In this document: positions 33,356 through 40,812 of the stretch, one piece after another
Layout: each line of letters opens with the position of its first letter
Position numbering within the stretch: position 1 is the first letter of the stretch
Source: a virus
Virus record (IMG/VR): IMGVR_UViG_3300035667_000002
Strand: one strand, 5' to 3'
Length of the DNA: 63,101 bases
Program-made: the position numbers and the translations under genes
The notes under the pieces: model-generated
Database searches by the model: none
What the model was told of the DNA's origin: nothing
What the model saw: the letters and a program-made list of their open reading frames with translations, nothing else

Positions 33356-34059
33356 TGTCGATCGACTACCAGAAGTTGCTCGCCAAGCTCATGCCCGAGC
33401 CCGGCGGGGAGGACGTTGCCCGGATGCGCGTGGGCATCGTGGACGCCGTCAACGCGGACGGCACGGTCAACCTGGGCATCGCGGGGATCATCGTCCCGAG
33501 CATCCCGGTTCTGTCCTCGGCCGGGGTGTCCGACAACGCGGTGGTCAACGTCATCAGCTACCGGGGCTCGCTGCTGGTGATCGGCTCGACGGCCACGGCT
33601 GGCGGCCAGGGTGGCTCGCTGGGTCGGAAGGTCAGTTCCGCCGCGAACACGACCTCTACCGCGAACAACACCTTGATCAAGGACTCCGGGTGCGGGGACC
33701 TCGCGTTCACGGCGGTGGCCGGCCGGCGCTACCGGCTCAGCTACCGGGCGCGGTTCGCCTCCAGCGTGGCGGCCGATGCGGCCGATGTGCGCATCCTCGA
33801 TAACGGCGCGTCGTCCCCGGTGGCCGGCTCCACCGCTCGGGCCGGCTCCTCGTACTACATGCCGAGCGGCACCAGCAACGGAAGCGTCAACATCGTGGTG
33901 GACGCGTGGGTGGACTGTACGGCCGACATCGCGGCCGGGGTGCACACCGTGGCCGCGTTCTTCACCCGGACTGTGGGCACGGGGACGGTGACCCTGTCTC
34001 AGGCGACCGGTCAGGTTCGAACCTTGACGGTGAAGGACGAGGGGCCGATCTACCCGTGA
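33352..34059 (+). CDS. minor tail protein
   Basis: Overlapping start (GTG 33352 or ATG 33355). 235 aa, Ser/Gly/Ala-rich. Confidence 0.5.
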   Translation: MMSIDYQKLLAKLMPEPGGEDVARMRVGIVDAVNADGTVNLGIAGIIVPSIPVLSSAGVSDNAVVNVISYRGSLLVIGSTATAGGQGGSLGRKVSSAANTTSTANNTLIKDSGCGDLAFTAVAGRRYRLSYRARFASSVAADAADVRILDNGASSPVAGSTARAGSSYYMPSGTSNGSVNIVVDAWVDCTADIAAGVHTVAAFFTRTVGTGTVTLSQATGQVRTLTVKDEGPIYP

Positions 34060-34061
34060 TG

Positions 34062-34217
34062 GGTGAACCCGGGGGAGCTGGGGGAAGCTCCTACGCTATT
34101 GGTTGTTCAAAAAAAGGTATGTCTCTACCGCGTGCACCCGCACACACGCGAGCACGCGAGGCACATATATACGGGGCACACCTTCCGGGCGCTTCCCCCA
34201 GCTCCCCCGGGTTCACA
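34062..34217. repeat. non-coding inverted-repeat element, copy B (26-bp perfect arms)
   Basis: GGTGAACCCGGGGGAGCTGGGGGAAGC (34062..34088) pairs with GCTTCCCCCAGCTCCCCCGGGTTCAC (34191..34216). AT-rich island at gttgttcaaaaaaaggtatgtc. Confidence 0.8.
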
Positions 34218-34240
34218 CCGCTAGCCAACCAACCACCCAT

Positions 34241-34251
34241 GCCTGTAAGGT
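34241..34251 (+). promoter_or_regulatory. -10 half of the conserved promoter without good -35
   Basis: GCCTGTAAGGT lies 7 nt before GTG 34259. The -35 position reads TAGCCA. Confidence 0.4.
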
Positions 34252-34258
34252 GTCAGCC

Positions 34259-34948
34259 GTGACCGAGATCCCGAGCCCGAGCTGGACCATCCTGGTTCCG
34301 ACCATTGGTGAGCGCCGGCTCTCGTTCGAGCGGCTCATGGGCGCGCTGCTCCCCCAGACCGAGCCGTTCGGCGGCGCGGTCAAGGTGATGGCCTGGTACA
34401 ACAACGGGGACCCGCACCTCACCGAGATCCGCCAGCGCATGAACCAGGACGCCACGACCGACTACGTCTCGTGCATCGATGACGACGATCTGGTCCCGGA
34501 CTACTTCGTGGCCGAGGCCATGGCCGCGCTGGCCGACCGGCCGGACTACGTGGGTTGGCTGGTCCAGTGCTACTCGGACGGGGTGCCCACCGCGATCTCG
34601 GAGCACAGTCTCAAGCACACGCGCTGGTGGAACGAAGAGGTCCGGTACTTCCGGGACATCTCCCACATCAACCCGATCCGCCGTGACATCGCGCTGCTGG
34701 CCGACTTCCGCAAGACCAAGCACGGCCAGCCCGAGGACCGGTCCTGGGTCCAGCAGCTCCGCCGCACGCGCCGGCTCCAGCGCCAGGTGATGATCAACCG
34801 GATCATGTACCACTACCTGTTCAGCACGGCCAAGACCGCCGGCATCGGTTCGCGGTGGTCGGCGCCCAAGTCGATCCACCCGGGCCTGGACCGGCTGGAG
34901 ATCGAGCACCCGCATTTCGCCTACCACCCGGAGAGCTTCAATGGCTGA
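34259..34948 (+). CDS. glycosyltransferase (GT-A/GT2-like), leaderless candidate
   Basis: ILVPTIGER... and the CIDDDD (DxD) motif. The GTG lies 7 nt after GCCTGTAAGGT. Confidence 0.7.
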   Translation: MTEIPSPSWTILVPTIGERRLSFERLMGALLPQTEPFGGAVKVMAWYNNGDPHLTEIRQRMNQDATTDYVSCIDDDDLVPDYFVAEAMAALADRPDYVGWLVQCYSDGVPTAISEHSLKHTRWWNEEVRYFRDISHINPIRRDIALLADFRKTKHGQPEDRSWVQQLRRTRRLQRQVMINRIMYHYLFSTAKTAGIGSRWSAPKSIHPGLDRLEIEHPHFAYHPESFNG

Positions 34949-36839
34949 CCTCGCGATCATCGTCCCGACCAAGGGCCGGCCGGAGAACATCCTCAAGGTG
35001 ATCTCTGCCTGGGACTTCACCAACGCGTGGGACGTGGCGGACCTCGTGCTCGCCATCGATGGCGACGACCCGAGCTATGCCGCGTACGTCGAGATCCTGG
35101 ACCACTTCAACATCGGTGTGACCGAGGGCGAGCCATGCCCGCTCCGGATCATCACCCATGACGAGTGGCACCCGATGGTGCACAAGCTGGACGAGACCGC
35201 ACGCGCGCTCTCCGGCCAGTATTGGGCCCTCGGGTTCGCGGGCGACGATCACCTCCCCCGAACCATCGGCTGGACCCAGACCTACCTCGATGCGCTGCGC
35301 GAGCTACGAACCGGCCTGGTCTACGGGGACGACGGGTTCCAGCACGAGAACCTGTGTACGGAATGGGCGATGACCTCTGACGTGGTCCGTGCGCTCGGCC
35401 GGATGGTGCCGGCTCCCGTGGATCACATGTACTCCGATGTGTCGGTCCTGGAGACGTTCAGGGCGGCCGGCGCGGTGCGCTACCTCCCCCAGGTCGTGAT
35501 CGAGCACATGCACCCGATCGTCGGCAAGGCCGAGAACGATGCCCAGTATCGGCGCGTCAACCACCGGGACCAGTTCCGCAAGGACCTCGCGACCTACGAG
35601 GCGTGGCAACGCGCCGACCGGGCGGCCGACGTGGCCGCCGTGGTGGCGCTCCAGCCGGACCGCCCGATGCCCGTCGCGCCCGTGGCGCGCAAGCCGCGCC
35701 GCGCCGTGGCGGCGGTCACCGAGCGCGCCGCGTGGGGAACCGGCCGCGTGTCACGATCAAACAACCCGGCACGCTCCGGGCCCACCGCCGCGAGAGGACC
35801 AGCCGTGAACCAGACCCGATCTGCCAACCGCATCACCCCGCGATACCTCCGGGACGTCAAGGCGCTCACTCCCCCCGAGGTCGGTATCACCCTGGCCGAC
35901 CTGGCCCGCTCAGTGCCGCAATGGCAGGCCATCGTGGAGTTGGGTGTCCACCAGGGGTACACCGCGCTGATGTTGAGCTACGGAGCCCGCCAGGGCAACG
36001 GCGCGCACGTCTGGGGGTTCGACCCCTGGGACACCGACGGCAACGTTTACGGCCCCGAGTTCGACAACGAGGGTGCCCGCAAGTGGGCCCAGTACAACGT
36101 GCGGGCCAAGGGCCACACCAAGGACGTGCACCTCACCCAGGCGTTCAGCACCGACGCGGCCGACTCCTGGGACGGCCGGCCGGTGGGCCTGCTCTACGTC
36201 GATGGCGATCACACCTACCTGGGGTGTCGCTCGGACATCCTGGCTTGGGCGCGCCACCTCGCGCCCGGTGCGGTCATCGCCATTGACGACTACGTGATCG
36301 GTGACCCGGACTACGACGGTCTACGCCGCGCCGTGGATGAGCTGGTGGAGTCCGGCTACCTAGAGCCCTTCCAGCTCTTCCACGGCCGGCTGGCGGTCAC
36401 CAAACTGGCCGCGTCACCGGCCGAGCTAGGGGTCCCCCTGGTGGCGGTGCACGAGTCCGACATGGCCGGCGGCCAGCCCATCGAGACCGTGAACCTCCTG
36501 GGTGCACAGGTCACTGTCCAGGGCAACGACACGGTGATGGTCGAGAACGAGGGCGACGGCTCCGAGTTCGAGCGCGACGCCGATGACCACGCACGCGGTG
36601 AGGACGACCTGATCGAGACCCACCTGATCGAGACCGACCCGGCCGACCGGTTCGGTACGCCGGAGTGGCGGCTCCTCGTGCACGAGGGAGAGCTGAACCC
36701 GAACGACACCGGTAAGGGCATCGAGGCCCTGACCATGGCCCAGCTCAAGACGCTCGCGCGGGCGCGCGGGATCGTGCTCGGGCGGGTGCGCAAGGACAAG
36801 CGGGACCTGACCTTGGGCGCGATCCGGGACGGCGCGTGA
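34941..36839 (+). CDS. bifunctional glycosyltransferase / class I SAM-methyltransferase with C-terminal HeH/SAP-like motif
   Basis: The N-terminus (IIVPTKGRP...GDD) is GT-like. The middle (VELGVHQGYTAL...LLYVDGDHTY...IAIDDY) is methyltransferase-like. The C-terminus has LTMAQLKTLARARGI. Confidence 0.7.
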   Translation: MADLAIIVPTKGRPENILKVISAWDFTNAWDVADLVLAIDGDDPSYAAYVEILDHFNIGVTEGEPCPLRIITHDEWHPMVHKLDETARALSGQYWALGFAGDDHLPRTIGWTQTYLDALRELRTGLVYGDDGFQHENLCTEWAMTSDVVRALGRMVPAPVDHMYSDVSVLETFRAAGAVRYLPQVVIEHMHPIVGKAENDAQYRRVNHRDQFRKDLATYEAWQRADRAADVAAVVALQPDRPMPVAPVARKPRRAVAAVTERAAWGTGRVSRSNNPARSGPTAARGPAVNQTRSANRITPRYLRDVKALTPPEVGITLADLARSVPQWQAIVELGVHQGYTALMLSYGARQGNGAHVWGFDPWDTDGNVYGPEFDNEGARKWAQYNVRAKGHTKDVHLTQAFSTDAADSWDGRPVGLLYVDGDHTYLGCRSDILAWARHLAPGAVIAIDDYVIGDPDYDGLRRAVDELVESGYLEPFQLFHGRLAVTKLAASPAELGVPLVAVHESDMAGGQPIETVNLLGAQVTVQGNDTVMVENEGDGSEFERDADDHARGEDDLIETHLIETDPADRFGTPEWRLLVHEGELNPNDTGKGIEALTMAQLKTLARARGIVLGRVRKDKRDLTLGAIRDGA

Positions 36840-37597
36840 CCGTCAAGTTGTCGGCCTCGATCATGGCCCACGTGGATCGGAGCCGCGAGGCCACCGAGCT
36901 ATGGGCCGATCTGGTCTACGGAGTTGACCGTAACGTGTCAATCTCCTGGGACATGATCCAGCCGGCCTCGGGCGACGCGGACCGGGTATGGGGGACCGCG
37001 CGGGTCGGCTGGTCCCTCGGGCTGGCCACCGAGGGCGGTACCCACCACGTGCTGATCCAGGACGACGCGCTGGTGTGCGCCGACTTCCTGGCCGGCCTGG
37101 AGCAGGCCCTGGCGTTCGTACCTGAGAACGCGATCGTCTCCCCCTACCTCGGGAAGGCAATCAACGTCCCGACGCGCTGGGAGACCGTGGCGAACCGCGC
37201 CACGGCGGCCGGCGCTCGCTGGATCAGGTCTGACACGGTGATGTGGGGGGTCTGCCTGGTGATGCCCACCGCGTTGATCCCGGAGATGGTGGCCTGGGCT
37301 GACAAGCGCTCCGGCCGGCCTGATGACATGCGGGTAGGCGGGTTCGCCAAGGCCAACGGCCTGGAGGTCTGGTACCCGTGGCCGTCGCTGGTGGACCACC
37401 GCGCCGACATGGCCAGCCTGACCAAGCACCGGGCGCGAGACCGGGTGGCGCGCCGGTTCCACACCGGCTCGGCCCTGGAGCTGGACTGGTCCGGGCCGGT
37501 GGTCACGGACCCGGTGCTGGCGCGGCGTACCGCCGGCCGCTCCGGACCGTCACAACGTGTGGAAGACTCGCGGTTGTCGCGTCACGGCACCCAATGA
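36836..37597 (+). CDS. glycosyltransferase-like protein
   Basis: GTGA overlap. HVLIQDDAL is DxD-like. GT-A-like size. Confidence 0.5.
   Translation: MTVKLSASIMAHVDRSREATELWADLVYGVDRNVSISWDMIQPASGDADRVWGTARVGWSLGLATEGGTHHVLIQDDALVCADFLAGLEQALAFVPENAIVSPYLGKAINVPTRWETVANRATAAGARWIRSDTVMWGVCLVMPTALIPEMVAWADKRSGRPDDMRVGGFAKANGLEVWYPWPSLVDHRADMASLTKHRARDRVARRFHTGSALELDWSGPVVTDPVLARRTAGRSGPSQRVEDSRLSRHGTQ
36924..36941. promoter_or_regulatory. intragenic operator-like palindrome
   Basis: TTGACcgtaacgtGTCAA in 36836..37597. Confidence 0.45.
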
Positions 37598-37670
37598 GAC
37601 TCTGAGCGGATAGAACCGCCGAGACGTTCGGCTCTCTCCCCCAGGGCCAGCGAGAAGGTAGGACCGGTGC

Positions 37671-37940
37671 GTGACGCAAAGGCAGCTTCCACCGCTACGG
37701 CGGGACCTGTTTTTCCTGCTCCTCGGCGGAGCGTGGGGAACGTGGATCGTGTTCACCGCCGGCCCGTGGCCGCTCATGGCCGTGAGCGCGGCGACGATGC
37801 TCGGGCCGGGGTTCTTGCGGCTCTGGCTCTCCGGGCCCGCTATCGGGGCCAGTCCGCCCTCGCAGCCACTGGAGCCGGCGGGGCCCTCGTCCTCGTCCTC
37901 GCCTATGCCCTTGCCGGCGGGCCCGGGGGGCACTGAGTAA
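37671..37940 (+). CDS. membrane protein
   Basis: GTG start. Two hydrophobic helices and a Pro/Ser-rich tail. Confidence 0.45.
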   Translation: MTQRQLPPLRRDLFFLLLGGAWGTWIVFTAGPWPLMAVSAATMLGPGFLRLWLSGPAIGASPPSQPLEPAGPSSSSSPMPLPAGPGGTE

Positions 37941-38263
37941 TGGAAGCCCGGGAGACCACCGCGCCGGCCGTCACCTGGCAGATCCCGAGGAACGTCTGGG
38001 TCATCCTGGTGACCTGGGCGCTGGCTGTGGTCCTGCTCTCGGGGCTGTTCGCGTTCTGGCAGTATCGGGACCAGCAGGCGGCCAAGGCCGCTCAGCGTGA
38101 GCAGGACCGCCAGATGTGCCTCACCCTGGACCTGTTCCGGGGAGGCCCGGAGCCGGTACCTGGCCCGGCTGGTGACCGCTCGCGCGTGGTGATCGCGCGC
38201 ATCCACGACCAGCAAACCGCGCTCGGGTGCGATCAGCTCCGGCCGAAACCCGAAGCATCCTAG
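37940..38263 (+). CDS. membrane-anchored protein
   Basis: TAATG overlap. One TM helix. Its stop codon TAG lies inside the first TCCTAGGA box. Confidence 0.5.
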   Translation: MEARETTAPAVTWQIPRNVWVILVTWALAVVLLSGLFAFWQYRDQQAAKAAQREQDRQMCLTLDLFRGGPEPVPGPAGDRSRVVIARIHDQQTALGCDQLRPKPEAS

Positions 38264-38360
38264 GAAGGTTCGAGCCGGCGGCTGAAGAAGCATCCTAGGA
38301 TGATCTTGGTAGCGGGCGCGAGAAGCATCCTAGGACGATCACCAAGATCCACACATGCGG

Positions 38361-38388
38361 GAGCCCCCGGCCTTTCGGCCCGGGGCTC
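38361..38388 (-). terminator. hairpin terminator
   Basis: GAGCCCC(c)GGCC-tttc-GGCC(c)GGGGCTC, after 38404..38580. Confidence 0.5.
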
Positions 38389-38403
38389 TTTCGCGTGGGT
38401 GGC

Positions 38404-38580
38404 TCAGGCGTTGTTGTTCATCAGCCAGCAGGCGAGCCAGGAGGCGCTCAGGTTGCCACCGAGGACGGAGACCGGCTCGCCGGTCTTGGCCTCGAACCGG
38501 GCGGCCAGTTCGGCCTTACCCAGTGCAATGAGGGCCTTCTTCTCGGCTGCGAACTGGGCCTTGATCTGGGTCTTGGTCAT
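38404..38580 (-). CDS. small protein (58 aa)
   Basis: Translated by hand: MTKTQIKAQFAAEKKAL.... GAGGAG RBS, promoter 38623..38651, terminator 38361..38388. Below the ORF-track length cut-off. Confidence 0.45.
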   Translation of the reverse strand: MTKTQIKAQFAAEKKALIALGKAELAARFEAKTGEPVSVLGGNLSASWLACWLMNNNA

Positions 38581-38603
38581 TTCGATCTCCTCTGTGTTGT
38601 CTT

Positions 38604-38685
38604 GCTCTCCCTTACAAGATGAACATTACAGGCTTGACTGTTAAGCGTCAACCTTACAGGCGAGGTCTGACCGAAAGTATGAGTT
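38604..38685. repeat. 82-nt duplicated promoter/leader block, copy 1
   Basis: 81/82 identical to 39220..39301. Confidence 0.85.
38623..38651 (-). promoter_or_regulatory. conserved promoter
   Basis: TTGACGcttaacagtcaagcctgTAATGT. Confidence 0.7.
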
Positions 38686-38767
38686 GCCATGGTTACCGCA
38701 CCATCCTAGGACGGTTCGAGCAGCAGGGGGAGAAGCATCCTAGGACGGTTAAAAGATCCACGAAAAA

Positions 38768-38789
38768 GCCCCGACCTCTCGGCCGGGGC
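38768..38789 (-). terminator. intrinsic terminator
   Basis: GC-rich stem followed on the minus strand by TTTTT (rc of aaaaa at 38763..38767). Confidence 0.6.
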
Positions 38790-38801
38790 CTCGCGGGTGG
38801 C

Positions 38802-39197
38802 TCAGAGCGCGGCCTCGAACTCCTCGCGGCTGGTGTAGCCACCGACGATCTTGGAGCCGCGAGTCGCGAAATCGAGCGTGTAGCCCAGCTTGTCCGCCGC
38901 CTTGGCCAGCGACCGGTACCGCTTGATCCCGGTCTCGTTCTTGCCGCCGTTGACACCGTCCTTGGCCAGCGCCGCGCGGCCCATGATGTAGCCCCAGGTC
39001 TTGGTCCCGGCCGGGAGGTATTCGCGGCACGTGCTGGCCACCAGGCCGGCGGACTTGGGGAACAGGGCCACGATCGCCTCGGCGGCGGCGCGGTCCTCGG
39101 TCAGTGTCTGGATCTCGTAGGCGCTGACCTGGCCGTTGTCGGGCGAGTAGAACGCCATGATGGTCAGGGTCTGGGCGGCGGCTGCGGTGTTCGTCAT
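38802..39197 (-). CDS. hypothetical protein, paralog of 39418..39735
   Basis: 131 aa. Shares LFPKS...GGKNET...RSLxKxAxKxG with its neighbour. Has its own promoter and terminator. Confidence 0.6.
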   Translation of the reverse strand: MTNTAAAAQTLTIMAFYSPDNGQVSAYEIQTLTEDRAAAEAIVALFPKSAGLVASTCREYLPAGTKTWGYIMGRAALAKDGVNGGKNETGIKRYRSLAKAADKLGYTLDFATRGSKIVGGYTSREEFEAAL

Positions 39198-39219
39198 TTT
39201 CGATCTCCCTCTGTGTGTC

Positions 39220-39301
39220 GCTCTCCCTTACAAGATGAACATTACAGGCTTGACTGTTAAGCGTCAACCTCACAGGCGAGGTCTGACCGAAAGTATGAGT
39301 T
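39220..39301. repeat. 82-nt duplicated promoter/leader block, copy 2
   Basis: 81/82 identical to 38604..38685. Confidence 0.85.
39239..39267 (-). promoter_or_regulatory. conserved promoter
   Basis: TTGACGcttaacagtcaagcctgTAATGT, identical to 38623..38651. Confidence 0.7.
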
Positions 39302-39381
39302 ACCAGGGTAAACCCTGCTTCCTAGGATGCTTCTCGGCCGCCGGCTCGAACCGTCCTAGGACGCTGATCAAGATCATTAAA

Positions 39382-39408
39382 GAGCCCCGACCGGGAGGGC
39401 CGGGGCTC
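39382..39408 (-). terminator. hairpin terminator
   Basis: GAGCCCCGaCC-gggag-GGcCGGGGCTC, after 39418..39735. Confidence 0.55.
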
Positions 39409-39417
39409 GCGGGGGGA

Positions 39418-39735
39418 TCAGGCGGCCATGTACGCGGCCAGCGCGGCCTCCAGCTCGGCCAGGGTCTTGTACGAGTTGGTGATCATGCTGGCCGTGTCGA
39501 TCTCCACACCGTGCTTGGCAGCGTTCTTGATCAGCGAGCGGAGCTGGCGGACGGCGGTCTCGTTCTTGCCCCCGGTGCGAGCGTCAGCCGCGAACCGGAC
39601 GCCGGTCCACCAGCCACCCGCGCGGAGCTTGGTCGACTTGGGGAAGAGAGAAGCGGTCTCGTGGTCGGTGGCGGTGTAGTTCGCCAGCATGATCTCGCCG
39701 GTCCGGGTGTCGTAGCTGGCGTGGATCTTGATCAT
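39418..39735 (-). CDS. hypothetical protein, paralog of 38802..39197
   Basis: Start at an internal ATG with a GAGGGAG RBS. The upstream part of the ORF is the promoter motif read as protein. Confidence 0.6.
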   Translation of the reverse strand: MIKIHASYDTRTGEIMLANYTATDHETASLFPKSTKLRAGGWWTGVRFAADARTGGKNETAVRQLRSLIKNAAKHGVEIDTASMITNSYKTLAELEAALAAYMAA

Positions 39736-39778
39736 TGTCTGTCTCCCTCGGTGTGTTCCGCTCTCCCTTACATCCATA

Positions 39779-39807
39779 ACTTTACAGGCGTGACGGTTAA
39801 GTGTCAA
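39779..39807 (-). promoter_or_regulatory. conserved promoter
   Basis: TTGACActtaaccgtcacgcctgTAAAGT. Confidence 0.7.
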
Positions 39808-39920
39808 CTCCCTGGTCAAGATTCTTTCAGATGATCTTGAGGACCTTCCTAGGATGCTTCTCGGCCGCCGGCTCGATGCGTCCTAGGATGCTTCCCACCG
39901 AGCGTCCTAGGATGCCGGTA

Positions 39921-39950
39921 TTGCGCTCCTGGACGGCGTGCCTGTAGAGT
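39921..39950 (+). promoter_or_regulatory. promoter (variant)
   Basis: TTGCGC-18 nt-(gcctg)TAGAGT. Drives 39990..40265. Confidence 0.45.
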
Positions 39951-39989
39951 GCCAGGTAGCTAATCAACCTACTGACCAGGAGAGAGACC

Positions 39990-40265
39990 ATGACGGACCA
40001 GACCACGGAGGTCCCGGAGGACCGCGAGTTCGTGGGCTACGGACCGGCGGCCGAACACCTGGGGCTCCAGCGAAACACGCTCTCCAGCTACGTGGCCCGA
40101 GGCATCGGCCCGGCCGTGGCCAAGAACCCGGACGGCTCGGACCGGCGCGAGATCGTCGGCCAGTACGTGCTCCCGGTGTTCCTCCAGAGCGAGCTAGACC
40201 GGTGGCGCGATGAGCGGCCAGGCCAGGGTGCCCGTACGGACCTCGCGCCGGCCGCCGCCGCGTAA
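39990..40265 (+). CDS. HTH DNA-binding protein (excisionase/MerR-like fold)
   Basis: GYGPAAEHLGLQRNTLSSYVARG...LDRW. AGGAGAGAG RBS. Confidence 0.65.
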   Translation: MTDQTTEVPEDREFVGYGPAAEHLGLQRNTLSSYVARGIGPAVAKNPDGSDRREIVGQYVLPVFLQSELDRWRDERPGQGARTDLAPAAAA

Positions 40266-40392
40266 CCCCATAAGAGGGGGTCCGACGGGCGTCCACGACC
40301 AACTAAAAACCGTCCTAGGAAGGCTCGGCAGAACCATCCTAGGAAGGGACAACTCAAGACGCGTCCGCCCACCGCTTGGCTGATGAGCGGTC

Positions 40393-40424
40393 AGAAGGCC
40401 CTCCCCCTAGGGGGAGGGCCTTCT
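40393..40424 (-). terminator. perfect 32-nt palindrome terminator
   Basis: AGAAGGCCCTCCCCCTAGGGGGAGGGCCTTCT, after 40431..40613. Confidence 0.6.
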
Positions 40425-40430
40425 GGTGTC

Positions 40431-40613
40431 TCAGGCGTTCCGGGCCTGGACCTTGCGGGCCTTGGTGCCGAGGCCGGCCCGGTGGGCCCGACCCAGGTTC
40501 ATGGCCAGCGCGTTCTCGGTCCGGCCCTCGGCCTTGCCGGCGGCGCGCCACGCCTTGTCGAGCTTGGCGATCTTGCGGATCAGCTTGCCGTTGGCCCGCT
40601 TGGTGTTCGTCAT
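40431..40613 (-). CDS. small basic protein (60 aa), paralog of 366..560
   Basis: Promoter 40663..40691 and perfect palindromic terminator 40393..40424. Confidence 0.5.
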   Translation of the reverse strand: MTNTKRANGKLIRKIAKLDKAWRAAGKAEGRTENALAMNLGRAHRAGLGTKARKVQARNA

Positions 40614-40662
40614 CTCTGATGTCCTTCCGATCTCCCGGGGGCCGCTCCCCCTTGCACCTCAA

Positions 40663-40691
40663 ACATTACAGGCTTGACGGGTAAGTGTCAA
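40663..40691 (-). promoter_or_regulatory. conserved promoter
   Basis: TTGACActtacccgtcaagcctgTAATGT. Back-to-back with 40738..40766. Confidence 0.7.
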
Positions 40692-40737
40692 CAGGCACGC
40701 CTGTGACGTATGCCACATCGCAGGATGCCCTGTGAGG

Positions 40738-40766
40738 TTGACACGTAAGAGTCACGCCTGTAATGT
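40738..40766 (+). promoter_or_regulatory. conserved promoter
   Basis: TTGACAcgtaagagtcacgcctgTAATGT. Drives 40813..41991. Confidence 0.7.
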
Positions 40767-40812
40767 AGTGGATGTGAGGGGGACAAGCCCCCGGACCTGG
40801 AAGGACAAGACA

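Larger units (their letters stand above)
38258..40344. repeat. array of 12 TCCTAGGA palindromes in five clusters
   Basis: Boxes start at 38258, 38293, 38328, 38704, 38738, 39320, 39354, 39847, 39881, 39905, 40313 and 40337. Paired boxes are joined by (a/c)GGTTCGAGCCGGCGGCCGAGAAGCA-like spacers. Confidence 0.85.

Noticed and set aside
38258-40344. TCCTAGGA repeat clusters considered as a CRISPR array
   Set aside because: The repeats are only 8 bp at their core, are palindromic and irregularly spaced, occur in both orientations, and are separated by promoters and genes rather than uniform spacers. No cas genes are present.
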